DNA of 64,000 nt. It comes from an uncultured delta proteobacterium (GTDB lineage: Bacteria > Desulfobacterota > Desulfobacteria > Desulfobacterales > B30-G6). Below the pieces are notes generated by a model that saw only the letters and a program-made list of their open reading frames with translations, ran no database searches and was not told the origin of the DNA. The stretch spans positions 128,314-192,313 of the forward strand of contig CAWGLD010000006.1 of assembly GCA_963823335.1 (NCBI GenBank), given 5' to 3'. The translations under genes were made by a program, and so were the position numbers. Positions 62,140 to 64,000 of the stretch are shown here, piece by piece; the stretch's first letter is position 1, and each line of letters starts with the position of its first letter.

Positions 62140-63222
62140 TCATTTTTCTGTTTTCCCCCCGAACATCGCCTCCATCTTCAGCACCAGTTCAAACTCCCCC
62201 TCAACCGTATATTTCTCCTGAAAGAACATCGCCTGGCCATCGGCCTTGCCGGTCATGATGTCCATCCACACGTCAAATGGTGTTTTGATGGTAACAGATG
62301 GGGTGGCATGCTTGCCCATTTCCGCCCCTATCAACCCGTTTTCAATCGAAATAAAACAATCACCCTGCACGGAACCACTGAAACAGAACTGCATGATGGC
62401 CTGTATATCTCTTGCCCCTTCAGGGTTGAACCCCAGTTTGAGGATGGCCATATAACTCTCCAGGGAATCGGGTCTCGGGATCATGCCTTTTTTTTCAAAT
62501 TCTTTGGGGGTCACCCCCTCTGCGATGCAGGTCTTCCAGAAGAGGTTTATCAGCCCCTTGAACGAACCAGATTCACTAGAGATCGGCTGCTGAATCTGGG
62601 CCATTGTGTTTTCGGATACCGATTTGCTCTCTACAATTTCCCGACCGGCCTCCTTTACCGCTTCAGCAATACGGGTTTTGATGTCTTCCGTTCCGGGGTT
62701 CAGCATACTTTCTGCCCCGGGTCGATAAATCTCCGCGAGAAGCCTGTTTTTATACAAATAGCTAATATACTGTGATAATTGATCAAAAACCCCAAGTTCT
62801 GAGAACCCGGCCACGGATATGCAGACCACATCCGGGTGCTGGTACCTAAGAGGGTGACTCGACCGGCCATCCTCTCGCTTGATCACAAAAGGCTCGAGAA
62901 TGGGCAGGGTCCTTTCAATAAAGGCTTTTAACTGTGCGTTAATTGTAAAGTGATATAGCGGTGTTGCATAGACCACCAGATCCGCCGCTATAAATTTTGG
63001 AAATAGCTCTGCACTCATGTCATCCTTGTGAATGCATTGACCCGGTGTTTTTGTCCAGCAGGTAAAGCAGCCGATGCAATAGTTGATTTTCTTTTTGCGC
63101 AGGTCGACCTTTTCCACGGTTGCCCCGGCAGCTTGCATACCCGACACCAGATGATCGAGCATCCATTCCGTCTTGCTCTGTCCCCCGCCCCGCGGACTCG
63201 AATTCAGCGCTAAAACTTTCAT
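62140..63222 (-). CDS. iron-sulfur flavoprotein-like (flavodoxin-fold FMN reductase) fused to a C-terminal SCP2 domain
   Basis: 360 aa. The N-terminus is MKVLALNSSPR, with the compact Cys motif CIGCFTCWTKTPGQC. The C-terminal ~100 aa match the SCP2 pattern (TIKTPFDVWMDIMTGKADGQAMFFQEKYTVEGEFELVLKMEAMFGG). Confidence 0.7.
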   Translation of the reverse strand: MKVLALNSSPRGGGQSKTEWMLDHLVSGMQAAGATVEKVDLRKKKINYCIGCFTCWTKTPGQCIHKDDMSAELFPKFIAADLVVYATPLYHFTINAQLKAFIERTLPILEPFVIKREDGRSSHPLRYQHPDVVCISVAGFSELGVFDQLSQYISYLYKNRLLAEIYRPGAESMLNPGTEDIKTRIAEAVKEAGREIVESKSVSENTMAQIQQPISSESGSFKGLINLFWKTCIAEGVTPKEFEKKGMIPRPDSLESYMAILKLGFNPEGARDIQAIMQFCFSGSVQGDCFISIENGLIGAEMGKHATPSVTIKTPFDVWMDIMTGKADGQAMFFQEKYTVEGEFELVLKMEAMFGGKTEK

Positions 63223-63257
63223 GTGTAGGTCCCTTTTTAGACAGTAGAGGTTTAAAA

Positions 63258-63440
63258 GATCTTTTATTTAGCCACGGACACACACAGACAATCACAGACA
63301 TTTCTCTCTTTCGACTTGAAAGAGAGAAAAAATGCATTCACTTCGTGTCAGTATGATATGCCCAAAGGGCATTGAGATTGATCTTCGACCATGTCGGTCG
63401 AAGATTGTCTATGTGTGTCCGTGGCTAAAATAGAAATAAA
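63258..63440. mobile_element. W4 MITE-like element, compact copy
   Basis: The left end is GATCTTTTATTTAGCCACGGACACACACAGACAATC. The right end is GATTGTCTATGTGTGTCCGTGGCTAAAATAGAAATAAA. Internal hairpins are TTTCTCTCTTTC-GACTT-GAAAGAGAGAAA, ATGCCC-AAAG-GGCAT and CTTCGACC-ATGTC-GGTCGAAG. Confidence 0.75.
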
Positions 63441-63500
63441 CGGATGACGGATAGCAGCCTCCAAACATACCAGCTTCCCAGCATCAACCAGCCGTCTCGC
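63441..63500. repeat. W12-type arm
   Basis: GCAGCCTCCAAACATACCAGCTTCCCAGCATCAACCAGCC, related to 11493-11526 and 18069-18103. Confidence 0.5.
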
Positions 63501-64000
63501 TTACAAGCGCCAAAAACGAACATGGTGCCTTTCCACGGCATCTGGATCGAACATGGACTTAACATCAATCAAACATCCACCGGGAATCAGCTTATTTACA
63601 ATTTTATCAAGTGGCTGCTCGACATAAAACGAATGTGCCACGGCAACCACCAGGGCATCCAGATCTTTCAGTTCTTCGAATGACACCAGACTAACTCCGT
63701 AAAATGCTTTGGCCTCATCTGGATCAGCCATCGGATCGTGCATCAAAACCTCAATGCCGTAGGTTGCCAGTTCCGCTGCAATGTCCGGCACCCGCGAGTT
63801 TCTCAGATCCGGGCAGTTCTCCTTGAAAGTCAACCCCAAGACGCCCACCCTGCTTTCCTTGATGTGAGATCCGGCTGCGATCATCATCTTGACCGTTTTC
63901 TCGGCAATAAACTTGCCCATGTTGTCATTGATGCGCCGCCCTGCCAGGATGATTTCCGGATGATAGCCCACCAGTTCGGCCTTGTGGGTCAGATAATACG
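63501..64000 (-). CDS. nucleotide-sugar (UDP-glucose/GDP-mannose) dehydrogenase family, C-terminal part (gene continues beyond window end)
   Basis: The frame stays open to the window edge (..YYLTHKAELVGYHPEIILAGRRINDNMGKF..). GLTFKENCPDLRNSRV is the family UDP-binding domain signature. Confidence 0.8.
   Translation of the reverse strand, partial: YYLTHKAELVGYHPEIILAGRRINDNMGKFIAEKTVKMMIAAGSHIKESRVGVLGLTFKENCPDLRNSRVPDIAAELATYGIEVLMHDPMADPDEAKAFYGVSLVSFEELKDLDALVVAVAHSFYVEQPLDKIVNKLIPGGCLIDVKSMFDPDAVERHHVRFWRL

Noticed and set aside
1-64000. Presence of tRNA, rRNA or tmRNA genes.
   Set aside because: Visual scanning of intergenic regions for T-loop (GGTTCGAATCC-like) and cloverleaf-sized structures found only repeat hairpins. 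GGGTTCGAGG strings belong to W1 arms and lack acceptor or anticodon stems. A tRNAscan-type search would be needed to be certain.

Overview
This 64-kb chromosomal segment has gene content resembling an anaerobic, aromatic-compound-degrading, sulfate-reducer-like deltaproteobacterium; that assignment is inferred from gene content only. I call about 56 protein genes and found no rRNA, tRNA or CRISPR array. Coding content is dominated by acyl-CoA chemistry. It includes benzoyl-CoA lower-pathway genes (had plus oah/bamA-type) beside a divergent SDR / SCPx-thiolase / DUF35 / crotonase set. It also includes an arylpyruvate cluster: iorA broken by a frameshift in a C7 run, iorB, paaK, a ketopantoate-reductase-like gene, an HgdC-type activase, one 2-hydroxyacyl-CoA-dehydratase-like subunit, an ADP-forming acyl-CoA synthetase, an AMP-ligase and a thiolase-like gene. 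Further clusters are a three-subunit xanthine-dehydrogenase-family Mo enzyme and a Liv-type ABC transporter with an embedded acyl-CoA synthetase. Other genes include NrfH plus an octaheme HAO-like cytochrome, an APH-M23-aminotransferase tri-domain protein, pyk, mutY, nadE, lepB, speB and a kinase-kinase-receiver module. The most unusual property is non-coding. Most of the larger intergenic gaps carry modular hairpin elements whose arms are tandem arrays of degenerate 7-9 nt words (family codes W1-W12 below). One arm is nearly C-free and the other nearly G-free. The elements often begin at or inside the stop codon of the upstream gene, sit inside operons and are nested into one another. One element (55474-56011) carries an intact four-helix-bundle (23S rRNA IVS-type) gene in its loop. 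A decayed copy (23134-23509) is interrupted by a separate 125-nt four-hairpin element (Q125), whose second copy lies inverted upstream of iorA. Family codes: W1 GGGTTCGAG/GGTTGGAG; W2 AACATCGAA/GTCCAAC; W3 CACGAAAA; W4 CACAGACA with long TIRs; W5 AACACCAA; W6 AGCTRTNA; W7 CCCAACGAA/CTCAATAAA; W8 bipartite hairpin ATAAAWTCG..CGAWTTTAT plus GCGAC..GTCGC; W9 GGAATRWT; W10 AAAAWTNA; W11 CGAAATAT; W12 GGAAGCC/AGCATCC; T13 twin hairpin CCYCGTAGCTTGCTGCGRGG.
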